From the human T2T-CHM13v2.0 reference genome, Homo sapiens: a DNA stretch of 64,000 nucleotides. Positions 39,025 through 54,155 of this stretch are shown here, in pieces. Numbering within the stretch: the first letter of the stretch is position 1; every line of letters starts with the position of its first letter. The position numbers were made by a program, and so were the translations under genes. The notes beneath the pieces were generated by a model. It did no database searches. It was not told the DNA's origin and saw only the letters and a program-made list of their open reading frames with translations. The stretch is taken from the NCBI RefSeq assembly GCF_009914755.1, contig NC_060947.1. One strand, 5' to 3'.

Positions 39025-40034
39025 AAAGATTCTTAACTGTGACATTTGGAAACAATGTCAAACCCAGGACAATGAGCCATACACGGTATTCTCTTTATGA
39101 TGGCCCACACAGGAAGTTTCACTCTGGCCTTAGTCCCAGGAAGAGTTATGCATCTCCTGAAAAATTAGTTTGCTTTTATTTTTATGTACACTGAGACTTT
39201 TAAAGGAGTATCTTAACAGAGTTCAATGAATATTTCTTAAATAAATGAATAAATGTGTTTTTAAACTGTTTCTTTTTCCACTTTGGAGAAAATGCTTAGA
39301 GCCAAATTTATGAGCCTCTTCTAGGAAGTGTACAGAAACCAGAAACATTATTAAAATATTCTGAGCTGAACTCACAATAATAGCTTCTTACTTGTGCATT
39401 TCAAGTATAACTGATCACTGGCTTAAACCTTACTTGAAAATTTGTATAATTTCTGACAGTCTAAATAAGTAGCACTCTGACTAATGAATGAGTTATAAGT
39501 CTATTGAAAAATCCTATTTTCATAGATTCTGCAGATGCAGCACCAGAAGTCAGCTAGAGGAGACTAACTAATGTTAACAATCCTTCTGAGGTACTTCTTA
39601 ATTGACATTTTATTGTATTGCAATTATGCAAACTGTGCCAAGCTGACTAGGACTAAGACAAAGGAGACAGTAGTTTATATATTTATTTACTTTTGCTCCT
39701 AAATGATTCCTGAGAAGGAGTAATAAAATCCTAAACCAGAGTATACAGGCTTTGAAATGATATATGTAAAATCCAATAAGGCCAGTGAGAATCATGTGTA
39801 CCTTCTCTCTCCTTCTCATCCCCATATACAATAACTAGGCCCAGTAACTTGAAAAGGGTATAATCAAAGTATTTAAAATAATGGAGTATATTGTGACTGA
39901 GAGTAGCAATTAATGGGAAAAAATAGTAGTTATTGGTCTGAAACTTTTACTAATAACTCTTCTTGCATAATCTCTGTCCAGCAACTTAAATACCCAAGAG
40001 AAGCATTCTAATGCCTTGGTCACAAGTTTCTCTT

Positions 40035-42863
<2,829 letters not shown>

Positions 42864-43151
42864 AGTTTCTCTTAACGTAAAAACTTTCTTACTGTATTTT
42901 ATGACATATTTTACTGTGCATACATAGGAACTAGATAAGACCCACTAAAGAGATTATCTCTGTAACTTTTACTACTGTTGACTGAGAACACTTTATTCCA
43001 TTTTAAATCATTTGAGAAAACTGCAAACATTTTCTGAGACTTAGGCCTGGCCTTACCCCTGATCTTTAAAACTGATAGACAACAACCACAAAAGTTTCAG
43101 TAGAAGCCATTTAAAAGGAAAAAAAGCCTCTCATTATCTTGAAACAGAAGG

Positions 43152-44200
43152 TGTATTAGTCTGTTCTCACACTGCTATAAAGAACTGCCCCAGACTGGGT
43201 AATTTATAAAGGAAAGAAGTTCAATGGACTCACAGTTTCACCTGGCTGGGGAGGCTTCAGGAAACTTACAGTCATAGTGGAAGGGGAAGCAAACACATCC
43301 TTCTTCACAACGTGGCTGGAGAAAGAAGTGCCAAGCAAAAGGGGGAAAAGCCCCTTATAAAACTGTCAGACCTTGTGAGAGTTCACTCACTGTCATGAGA
43401 ACAGCATGAGAGTAACCATCCCTATGATTAAATTACCTCCCACTGGGTCCCTCCCATGACACATGGGGATTATGGGCACTACAATCAAGGTGAGATTTGG
43501 GTGGGGACACAGAGCCAAACCATATCATTCTGCCTTGAGCAACTACACCCCTGTGGCTTTGCAGGGTACAGCTTCCCTCCTGGCTGTCTTCACAGCCTGG
43601 CATTGAGTGTCTGTGGCTTGTTGTCAGTGGTGCATGGTGCAAGTTGTGGTGCATGGTGCAAAAGGGGGAAAAGCCCTTTATAAAACTGTCAGACCTTGTG
43701 AGAACTCACTCACTGTCATGAGAACAGCATGAGAGTAACCATCCCCATGATTAAATTACCTCCCACTGGGTCCCTCCCATGACACATGGGGATTATGGGC
43801 ACTACAATCAAGGTGAGATTTGGGTGGGGACACAGAGTCAAACCATATCATTCTGCCTTAAGCAACTACACCCCTGTGGCTTTGCAGGGCACAGCTTCCC
43901 TCCTGGCTGCCTTCACAGCCTGGCATTGAGTGTCTGTGAGTGTCTGTGGTGCATGGTGCAAGTTGTCAGTGGATCTACTATTCAGGGGTCTGGAGGATGG
44001 TAGCCCTCTTCTCACAGCCCCACTAGGCAGTGCCCCGTGGGGACTCTGTGTGGGGGCTCTCACCCCACATTTTCATTCCACTCTGCCCTAGCAGAGGTTC
44101 TCCATGAGAACTCCACCCCTACAGCACTCCTCTGCCTGGATATCCAGGTGTTTCCATACCTCCTCTGAAATCTAGAGGTTTCCAAACTTTAATTCTTGAT
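43152..44200 (-). mobile_element. THE1D-like LTR plus internal fragment with a 323-bp tandem duplication
   Basis: LTR at 43152-43527; internal cccctgtggctttgcagggtacagc; 43335-43657 repeated from 43658. Confidence 0.9.
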
Positions 44201-44534
44201 GTCCCTAAAAACTAAATTGATTATTTAAAAAGACAAGATATAGTTATCTATATGATTTAGCTAATACAGTTGCACTAGTTATTTTTCCCAGATTCCCACT
44301 GAATGAGTCTTTAATGCGTTGGAATAAAATTATATTCAACACAAAATCTACCTTTCAAAATCAAGTAAGAAAACATACAAAACTATTCAAGTGACCAAAG
44401 TTAAGATAAATGCAGGAATGAATAATTAAAATCAAGATTTTATCACAATGTTTTAGAGTTAATCCATATTCACAGAAATGTGACACTAGTGATACATCAC
44501 AAGCATATCATGAGAGCTGAGACTTTCTTCAAAT

Positions 44535-44735
44535 AATAATGACTAACACTGTATTTTTACTATGTATCAGTTCACCAGAGAAGCAATGTAATGAATTACT
44601 TTGCTTAATGAAGATGAAATTATTTTTCACATTTTGCCAATGAGGAAACTGAGAAACGGTTGGTACGGACAAAGGGCAGTACTCTCGTCCATGTCTACCT
44701 TCAGTTCAAGCTTTTGTTCTTAACTACTTTGCTCT
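44535..44735 (-). mobile_element. MIR relic
   Basis: cacattttgccaatgaggaaactgag core. Confidence 0.6.
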
Positions 44736-44913
44736 AATACATACTGCATTAATGCTGGTAAGTTTGGATGGCCCATTTAAAATTTTGTCTGTTTCTATAG
44801 TTATCAGTAACACAGAATAGTAAATTCCTTTATCTCAGTTATAGTTACATTCAACAAATATAATACAACTAAAAAATATTTTAAGTAGATTGAACTTATA
44901 TTGAAAATTAAAA

Positions 44914-45116
44914 CTGTTGTGGGGTGGGGGAGGGGGGAGGGATAGCATTAGGAGATATACCTAATGCTAAATGACGAGTTAATGGGTGCAGCTCACCAGC
45001 ATGGCACATGTATACATATGTAACTAACCTGCACATTGTGCACATGTACCCTAAAACTTAAAGTATAATAATAATAAAATAAAATAAAATAATCTGAAAA
45101 AAACAAAAAAAGAAAA
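44914..45116 (+). mobile_element. L1PA3-like short 3' fragment
   Basis: ggagatatacctaatgctaaatgacgagttaatgggtgcag; TSD GAAAATTAAAA at 44903-44913 and 45117-45127. Confidence 0.92.
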
Positions 45117-45534
45117 GAAAATTAAAAATATTGAAAAATGTTGATTGTTGATAGCAATAGTAATAAAAACATCCACAATATTGAGGATGAAAGCCTGAAA
45201 ATTAACTTATTTCAGTGATAATTTTTACTCTGTAAACGCTGTGTAGTATAGTTAGGGATCAAAAAATTAACCTTAAGCATATTACAATTAACCATAGCAA
45301 TCCAATTTTATCAATCAAAATCAAATCCATGTATGTTAATTAACAATCTGAATACTATCATTTTTCTTTCATTCCTGTTTGTATCTTGGTGAAACAGAAT
45401 AAAAGCTTCTCGCAAGATATATTAGATTTTAAAATATTTGGATAATTAACATGCTTTCATATAAAGAGTATACATTAATTGGTGTTTTACTTCCCTAAAA
45501 CACATTGATAGAATAGTTTATCCTTGTATTTAAT

Positions 45535-45672
45535 ACTGTTATTATTTTCATTACTAACATTCATTGAATGTTTACTAAGAACTAGTGATTGTGATAGGCA
45601 TTTTATTCACATTATCTCATTTATTGCACACAGCCCTAACATAAATACAACTATTACCTCCATTTTGAAGAT
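45535..45672 (-). mobile_element. MIR relic
   Basis: ctaacattcattgaatgtttacta...ctattacctccattttgaagat. Confidence 0.6.
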
Positions 45673-47305
45673 AACTATAGCTAGTATTTACTGTGGACCA
45701 CCATTAGCAATCTCAGTTCCAGTGCTCCAAAGAAATATTTTAAAATGAGTGGAACATTGTCCTTGTTCTTATGCAGGTTGTAGTCTGGTATATTTATCAA
45801 AATTTTCTTGAAAAAATCCTGTGCATCATTATATGCCATGTTGAATTGAATCTTTGCTCTACTTTTCTAGCTAAAATATATCAGGTAGAATTATCTGAGT
45901 GTAATTATTTATATCAGAATATGTCACAGTATTTAGAGATTTTCTAATTTGTACTTAATTGCTATGATAAGTAAAATATTAATACATAAATAAGCAATTA
46001 TTTTGGTCTCAAATATTAAAAATGTGATGGTATTCCGCTAAAGTGTTGGAACTTTTCTTGTTACTTTGAATAAATATTTCTGTTATTCAAAGAAATTCTA
46101 ACAGTTGTTTTCTGACTTCTAATGAATATGCTGCAAATGTTCTTAGTGATATACATCAAATGATTAAAGGTATAGTTTTCCAGAAAGCAGAGTTCATTAC
46201 TGTATATCTCTTATCCTGGTAAGGCAAATCTGTACTTGATTTTGGTGGTAACAAAAAGAAGCAGCAAATATTTTTTACTCTTTAATGATGTTTTATGCTT
46301 AAACTACATAGAGATTTTCTTGGTATTCATTTGGAACATTGTTTCCTTGTCTCATTAATACTTGTAAAGTTTTCAATTGGTAGATAAGAGGAATTTTTGT
46401 AGTTAATTTTATTCAGATGGAGAGACAAAAGCTCAAAGAAGGTAGAATCATACAAATCTGAGACCAAGTCTATTAAATAAAAGTGAAGATTATTGCCAGG
46501 AAAAATATTTTAATAATAATAATTTACCTAGAATGAAAAATTTGGAATCAAAGGTAGAACTCAGCATTCATTTATCCTTTTGTATATGGAACAATTTTAG
46601 AAGTGGGGTAGGGAAGAGGTTCAGAGTAGATTTTCAGAAGAAACAAAAGATGCACACTTATTATCTTGTCACTTCTTTATAATACATTATTATCCCTAAT
46701 TTATAAAAACATAAAGAAAATAAAATGAAGAAGAGGTTTAAAAAGAAGAGGAAGAATTTGCCTTCAAAGTAGGACAAAGAAACTAAGCATAAGAGAAACT
46801 ACTTTTCAGTACACTATGTCTGAAACAAATTTGTTACAACTAAAAGAGGACACCAATATTTTAATTTTAATGTATCCAGATGGATAAGAGAAACTCAATA
46901 AAATTGCTTTCAACAAACAAATTTAAAAAAAAAACCCAAAGGTATCCAGCATTTCTACACTATTTATAAGTGCAATGGCTGCTGCTTCTGAAAAGACTTA
47001 CAGAATCTGCTTTTATGTTATTTTTTGATGTCATTTATAGTGTAGCCATTGTTAGACAATGACTGATTCAATTAAAGCTAATGCTTTTGATTTCTTAAAG
47101 CTCTGAATAGTATTTTTAATTGCAATTGATTACATACTTATTTAATAAAAGGGAAACTGTTGAACTGACCGAATAATGGTATCCCAGAATGAGGATTTAC
47201 ATCAGTTATTGGTTGAAACATTTAAAACTTCAGAGTAATATTATAATTTTCCTATTATTCAAACTTATAAATGAAACAAAAAGTGATTTTTTTCTATTCT
47301 TTCAG

Positions 47306-47340
47306 AAACAGGAATTCACCAGAACTACTTTACTGAATAG
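47306..47340 (+). other. Candidate 35-bp exon
   Basis: Acceptor tttttttctattctttcAG at 47305 and donor AG|GTGAGT at 47341, in unique sequence. Confidence 0.35.
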
Positions 47341-47608
47341 GTGAGTGAATTATTCATTAAGATGATCAGTAGGACTGGGTCTTTTTTAACTCTAAGGAGA
47401 TATGTATATTACTTCACACAAAAGCAATTATTAATTTACTGATAGCATAGATAACTTCATACTTTAATTTTTGCAATTTTAATATACATGTTTATACTAT
47501 TTTATTTAATTTTAATAAAAGCAAATAAAATATTAAATATGTAATCAATTTGAGATAACTCTGGAGTAGTAAATTACTATAATTTCACTTTTCTTTGCCT
47601 TTTATTTC

Positions 47609-47972
47609 TTTATTAGTTTGTTTTCATGGTGCTGATAAAGACATACCCAAGGCTGGGTAATTTATAAGGAAAAAGAGGTTTAATGGACTCACAGTTCCAC
47701 GTAGCTGGGGAGGCCTTACAATCATGGTGGAAGGTGAAAGGCACAACTTACATGGCTGCAGGCAACAGAGAGAATGAAAGCCAAGTTAAAGGGGTTTCCC
47801 CTTACAAAGCCATCAGTTGTCGTGAGACTTATTCACTACCATGAGAACAGTATGGGTGAAACGGCCCCCATGATTCAGTTATCTCCCACTGGCTCCCTTC
47901 CACAACACGTGGAAAATACCGGAGCTACAATTCAAGATGAGATTTGTGTGGGGACACAGCCAAACCATGTCA
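47609..47972 (-). mobile_element. THE1B/C-like solo LTR
   Basis: tattagtttgttttcatggtgctgataaagacatacc...cacagccaaaccatgtca. Confidence 0.9.
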
Positions 47973-48749
47973 AATTATTTCTTGCAACTTCCAAAAAGAA
48001 TTTTTTTTTAGAAATAATTCATTATTTTTTGTTTCATTAGATATTCTTGTAAAGTCTTGATGGTAAATCTGAATGATCAAAAACTAAGAGCCAAATAGTG
48101 GGCTGTTGTTACATATGGTTAAAGTTCATTTAGCCCTAAAATAATGGGAACAAGAGAATAATGACCAGAGGAGGGATATTGGGGAGGTGATGCGTATAGT
48201 AGGAATCTCTAGCAGTCTTGCAGACATCATGTGAATTTTTCAAATCTGATACTCTCTTGTTTTAAGATAGCCAGATGAAAAGTCGATTCAATGGAGAAAA
48301 AAGAGGGGTTTGGCATGAAGTTTCCTAAGTACAGCCAGGCCAAAGAATGTAATGTATAGAAAAAGCCACAGTAGAGTTTATGGGAATTAAAGCAAGGGAA
48401 ACCAACTAAATTAATCTGTAGTCTTCATTCGACAATCTCACATACCTGTTTCCCTCACATATATACTCATTCTTAAATTCACTGTTATGACCACATTAGA
48501 ACTCAACTTCAAATTTGTGTTATTAATCTTTTTTATAAAGCATTTCCAAGTAGATTTACTTAACATTATCTAATATCTTGCAAGTGTATGGCAGTATTAT
48601 TTTCAGCAATATGGAAAATGATGAAAATACTGGTTACTGCAATAGATTATGTTGCAGAAAATAATGCAAGAGCCTGTGAAATTCCTTGGACATGTGACAC
48701 ATTATACATAAACCAGTCAATGATCTAGGGAATTATAGTGAACTCTGGT

Positions 48750-48920
48750 CATTCAGGTGAAGTAACATAAGAGCACATAACATTTCTAGTTTCAAGCCTG
48801 CTTCGTATCATTTACACTCACCAAGCATCAATTTCCTCTTCCATAAAATTTAGATACTAAAATTTTTATCTTCCATAGGGCAGTTATGAGGATCTCATAA
48901 AACAATAAATACGTAGGAGT
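48750..48920 (+). mobile_element. MIR relic
   Basis: atcttccatagggcagttatgaggat. Confidence 0.45.
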
Positions 48921-50108
48921 ATTCTTCAAAGAACAACGTATTACAGGGATGCTAGTTATTTCTGTTAACCCAGCAACTCGAATTACCCAGGAATCCTGAT
49001 TAATGCTATGGCATATAAATTGGGAGACTCTCAAGATTCTCTAAAATCAGTTTTAAAATGTAAAACGTATGCTTTACTGGAACACATTTATCTCAAGAAA
49101 GAGCATCATAGCAATTTGAATATGTAATCTAGTATTAAAAAAACATTTGTAGCAAACTATATCCACTGTAAAGAAAATTATTACAGGACACACATGATCT
49201 GGACTTAGTGCTTAAGGAGGTAATAGATAAGTAAGGAGATATGAAGAATAGAAAAAAAATTCTACTTTTATTTTTGAATACGTAGCTGTATTTCTGAGGT
49301 TGAGTCTGAGTTAACCTACCCGTATAACCGTTTCTTCTATCTCTTCTTTAACTAACATAGATCATCCTCTCAGCGCATCTTTGAGCCTAGAGAAAAGCTA
49401 GGTTGGGATTTATGGAAGGAACAAGAACAAAATAAAACCATATCTGCTCTATTTTTCCATATCAATTGATTTCAGAGTGTACTTCATTCTCAACAAATGA
49501 AGAAAAAAAAAAAACAAGAATTTCCCTTCATGGTTTATTCTACTGGTTTAGAGGTAACTGTAATTAACTTTCTGCAAACTCCTCACTTAGCAAAAATGCA
49601 TTACCTTTCAAATTATTTGTATTGTAGATACAATACAAATCACTACTAAAAACTGATCTTGATTGATAGACCCCATAGTTGGATATTTGGAAATAAAATG
49701 GAAACTGAGACACAGGAGAGACGTATCTGAAATTAAAATGTAAGAAGTATCAGAAGATACATTGTTAATGAAGTAAGGTTTCCTAATGGTGTTTTTTCAT
49801 TAAAAATACTCTTCCTGTTTTACATGAACCATAGCTTGGGTTTGCTAAAAGATGCCATGATAAATAATTAAACATGGAAATCCTGAATATCCGCACTAAG
49901 GAAAATAAAACTTCCACATGCAATAACTAATGAGTATTGTATATGTAAAATCAAGGCCCTAGTGTAAATTTTATAACAAATACATGAAATAATATAGTGA
50001 AATTTTAATTTATGTAATTATTATATATAAGCTGTATTGTTATATATATATTTTATATACATGTAATGAAAGTCATGGTTAAATAATCTAGTATATTTAG
50101 GTTTATGG

Positions 50109-50302
50109 ATTTAAATTTAAATTTATTAAATTTAATTGTATTAAATTTAAATTTATTAAATTTAGTTGTATTAAATTTAATTTTTATTAATTTAAATTTA
50201 TTAAATTTAATTTTTATTAATTTAAATTTATTAAATTTAATTTTATTTAATAAATTGGATAATTTAAATTATCCAATTTATTAAATAAAATTAAATTTAA
50301 AT
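50109..50302. repeat. AT-rich tandem array ending in a perfect 70-bp palindrome (50231-50300)
   Basis: About 14-bp units like tattaaatttaatt; the arms at 50231-50265 and 50266-50300 are exact reverse complements. Confidence 0.95.
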
Positions 50303-52989
50303 GGCTTAAAACACATTGAGTTGTTTTATATATTTTATACAACAAATATATCTAAACTAAATATTAAAAATTATTAAATGCTTTAATGGACAAATAAATG
50401 ACAGATAATTTAAAATGTTATTTGTTTTTCTTTCAAGATGGCACATTAGAGGCTTTTAGCTTGCCTCAGCCACTTGGAAATACCAAGAGAGTTCATAAAG
50501 ATAAACACTGTGTGCTTTAATACAAGAAGGGAAATGGGAGTACACCAGAGTCATGAAGGACACCCCAAATCCTGGGGATGAGATCGTGGGAAAACAGCCC
50601 CTCTGTCAATGTCTGGCTGATAAAAGTGAGTGAAGCCCCAGTACATGAGAGAGGCAGAAGCCTCCCTCTTTGACTCACCTTTCCTCGGGGGAATCTGAGC
50701 AACCTAGGCCAAAGAGCCCCCTTTTTTTTCTCCCAAGTCTTGGAACTAACTTGGCGAGAGGCATAAAGACGCTGTGAGAGAAAGACACTAGGAAAAGCTG
50801 CACTCATTTTCCAAGACCCAGAGCTGAGATCAGGATGGCATTTTTAATCCAGGCTCATGCAAAGTCAGCCATTCTGTGGCAACCCAGAAGCGTGGCTGTG
50901 TAGACATTTTAGTTTCAGGCCAGAGTTTGGAGGGCCTGCTCTGGTGTAGGGTAGGGGCCTCCTCAGCCAGAACTGTGGAAACTGCCTCAGCATCAGGTGC
51001 TGGAATTGTGCTCTCCCCTATTGCATACTTTGAGTGGGAGGAGAGCTGCTACAGCTGCAATTTCTCCTGGACAATGATAATTACATCCAGGGCCAGCTTG
51101 GCAACCTGGAACCAATATGTGTGTGTCATTGCTGGGTATCCCATCCTGCTCCCCTGAAGTTGCGGTACAGAAAAACCCTCTCTGCTTCACCCACAAACAG
51201 AAATCCAGACTCTCAAATCACCCACTTTCCTGGAGCAACAGCCTGAGCTGCCCCGCTTTTCATGGACATAGATTGCGGTTCAGGGAGCCCCTCTCTGCTT
51301 CAAAACTAGGTACATCTCCAGGTATGCATAGCACCTGCTCACCTGGATCAGCAACCTGAATTGCTCCACCCTTCCGGTGCATAGATTGTGGTGCAGCAGG
51401 GCCCTCTGGGCTCTGTGCCCAGGCACATCTCCAGGCATTCAGAGCACCTACTTGTTTGGTTCAGCATCCTGAGTTTCTCCTCACTTCAGTGCAGAGATCT
51501 TGGTGCAGGAGAATCCTCTCAACTTCATGTCCAAGCAAATCTCCAGGCATATGGAACATCCACCCTCCTGGAGTAGGAGTTTAGGATACCCCTATCCTTG
51601 TGCAGATATCTTGAGATTAGGGAGGTTTCCCAGCTTCATACCTAGACACATCTCTGGGCACTTGGTGGCTGCCCAATGGATTCTCATTCAGCACTAGTGC
51701 TTGCCCCTCCCATCAGGACACCAGTACGTGGACCTGCCCAGTCTGACCCCATCAATCTTGCCCCCCCAACCCTCTGGAGTTAAGAAGTAAGCTCAGACGG
51801 CTGTGCACTCTAAGAATCAGCCATTGCCTGAGGCGACAGAGAGGTTCTATCAGTAAACAAGAATCAAGTATATACCCAGCCACATCGGCCAGTGTGGGCT
51901 CTTACCCAGAAACATCACCTACTGGCTTATTGGTCAAACTGCACAGTCCAATATAAAACCTGCTGACAGAATTGCATGAGGCTACAGAAGCAAAGCCAAA
52001 ACACACTACCCAGCATTCTCTACAGTCACATCCCCAAGGGAGAGGGAGAAAGAGAAACTGAAAAAAGAAAAAAACAATAATATTATAGGGAAAAAGAGAA
52101 AAATCCTACCTGCACAAAAATAACTTCAAAAAGTAGAAGTGTCAGCATCTTCAGATCAGAAAGAACCAGTGCAAGAATTCTGGCACCATAAAAATATGTG
52201 AATACACTAACACCACCAAGGAATCACACTAGCTCTCCAGCAATAATTCCTAACCAAAATATAAATGCAGAAATGACAAATAAAAGACTCAAAGCATGGA
52301 TTGTAAGGAAACTCAATGAGATCCAAGATAAGGTTGAAAATCAACACAAAGAAACTTCTAAAGCAATCCATGAAATGAAGGAATAGATATAAATCTTAAA
52401 AAGAAATCAATCAAAGCTTCTGGAATTGAAAAGCTCACTTAAAATTTCAAAATACAATTGAAAGGTTTATCAATAGACTGGAACAAGTAGAAGAAATAAT
52501 TTCAGAACTTGAAGCCTAGTCTTTCAAACTAACCCAATCTGACAAAAATAAAGAAAAATGGAATTTTTGAAAATGAACAAAGTCTTTGAGAAATATGGGA
52601 TTATGTAAAGTGGCCAAATCTACAAATGGTTGGCATTCCTGAGAGAGAAGGAGAAAAAGAAAACAAACAACCCGGAAACATGTTTGAGCGAATAATTCAA
52701 GAAAAGTTTCCTAATCTTTCTTGAGAGGCAGACATCAAGATACAAAAAATTCAGAGAACACCTGTGAGATACTATACAAAACAAACATCGCCAAGGCATA
52801 TAGTCATCAGACTGTCCTAGGTCAATGCTAAAGAAAAAATCTTGAAGGTAGCTAGAAGAAAAGGTCAGATCATATGCAATAGGAATCCCATCAGGCTAGC
52901 AGCAGACTTCTCAACAGAATCCTTGTAAGCCGAGAGAGATTGAGGGCCTATTTTCAGCATTCTTAAAGAAAAGAAAATCCAACCAAGAA

Positions 52990-53285
52990 TTTTTTTTTTT
53001 TTTGAGATGGAGTCTCGCTCTGTTGCCCAGGCTGGAGTGCAGTGGTGCAATCTCGAACTCACTGCAAACTCCACCTCCTGGGTTCACGCCATTCTCCTGC
53101 CTCAGCCTCCCAAGTAATTGGGACTACAGGCACCCGCCACCACACCCGGCTAATTTTTTGTATTTTTAGTAGAGACGGGGTTTCACCGTGTTAGCCAGGA
53201 TGGTCTTGATCTCCTGATCTCGTGATCCGCCCGCCTCGGCCTCCCAAAGTGCTGGGATTACAGGCGTGAGCCACCGCGCCCGGCC
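52990..53285 (-). mobile_element. AluY nested in L1 ORF1
   Basis: ggttcacgccattctcc, accgtgttagccaggatggtc; TSD CAACCAAGAATTT. Confidence 0.93.
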
Positions 53286-53716
53286 CAACCAAGAATTTTA
53301 TATTCTGCCAAATTTAGCTTTATAAGCAAATAAGAAATAAAATATTTTCCAGACAAGCAAGTGCTAAGGGAATTTGTTATCACTAAACCAATCTTATAGA
53401 GATCCTTATAAGAGTTCTAAACACTGAAATGAAAGAATAATACCTGCTACCAAGAAAACACACTTCAGTACATAGCCCACAGATCCTATAAAGCAACTAT
53501 ACAATAGAAACTACAAAGATACCAACTAATAACTTCACAACAGGATCAAAATCTCACATATCAACATTAACCTTGAATATAAATGGTCTAAACATCCCAA
53601 GTAAAAGGCATAGAGTGTCAAGTTAAATTTTAAAAAAATGACCCATTCATCTTCTCTCTTCAAAAGATGCACCTCACACATAACAACACACATAGACTCA
53701 AAGTAAAGGGTTGGAG

Positions 53717-53786
53717 CACATGTATACATACGTAACAAACCTGCACATTGTGCACATGTACCCTAGAACTTAAAGTATAATAAAAA
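53717..53786 (+). mobile_element. 70-bp L1PA 3'-terminal insertion nested in the older L1
   Basis: cacatgtatacatacgtaacaaacctgcac...aagtataat(A)n; TSD AAAGGGTTGGAG at 53705-53716 and 53787-53798. Confidence 0.92.
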
Positions 53787-53850
53787 AAAGGGTTGGAGAA
53801 AAATCTATCATGCAAATAGAATACATAAAAAAGTAGGAATCACTATTCTT

Positions 53851-54155
53851 CTTCTTTTTTTTTTTTTTGAGACGGAGTTTCACTCTTGTTGCCCTAGTTG
53901 GAGTGCAGTGGCACGATCTCAGCTCACTGCAACCTCCACCTCCTGGGTTCAAGTGATTGTCCTGCCTCAGGCCTCCCAAGTAGCTGGGATTACAGGAGCC
54001 CACCACCATGCCCAGCCAATTTTTTTTGTATTTTTAGTAGAGACGGGGTTTCATCATGTTGGCCAGTTTGGTCTCGAACTCCTGACCTCAGGTAATCCAC
54101 CTGCCTCGGCCTCCCAAAAGGCTGGGATTACAGGCACAAGCTACTGCGCCTGGCC
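53851..54155 (-). mobile_element. AluS (Sq-like) nested in L1
   Basis: Full dimer; TSD GAATCACTATTCTT at 53837-53850 and 54157-54170. Confidence 0.93.

Noticed and set aside
44920-44942. G-quadruplex-like G-run motif (also near 1160, 38843, 59820)
   Set aside because: Standard feature of the L1PA 3'UTR
51220-51665. About four ~112-bp tandem units
   Set aside because: Most likely the monomer-like repeats native to this L1 family's 5'UTR rather than a locus-specific array
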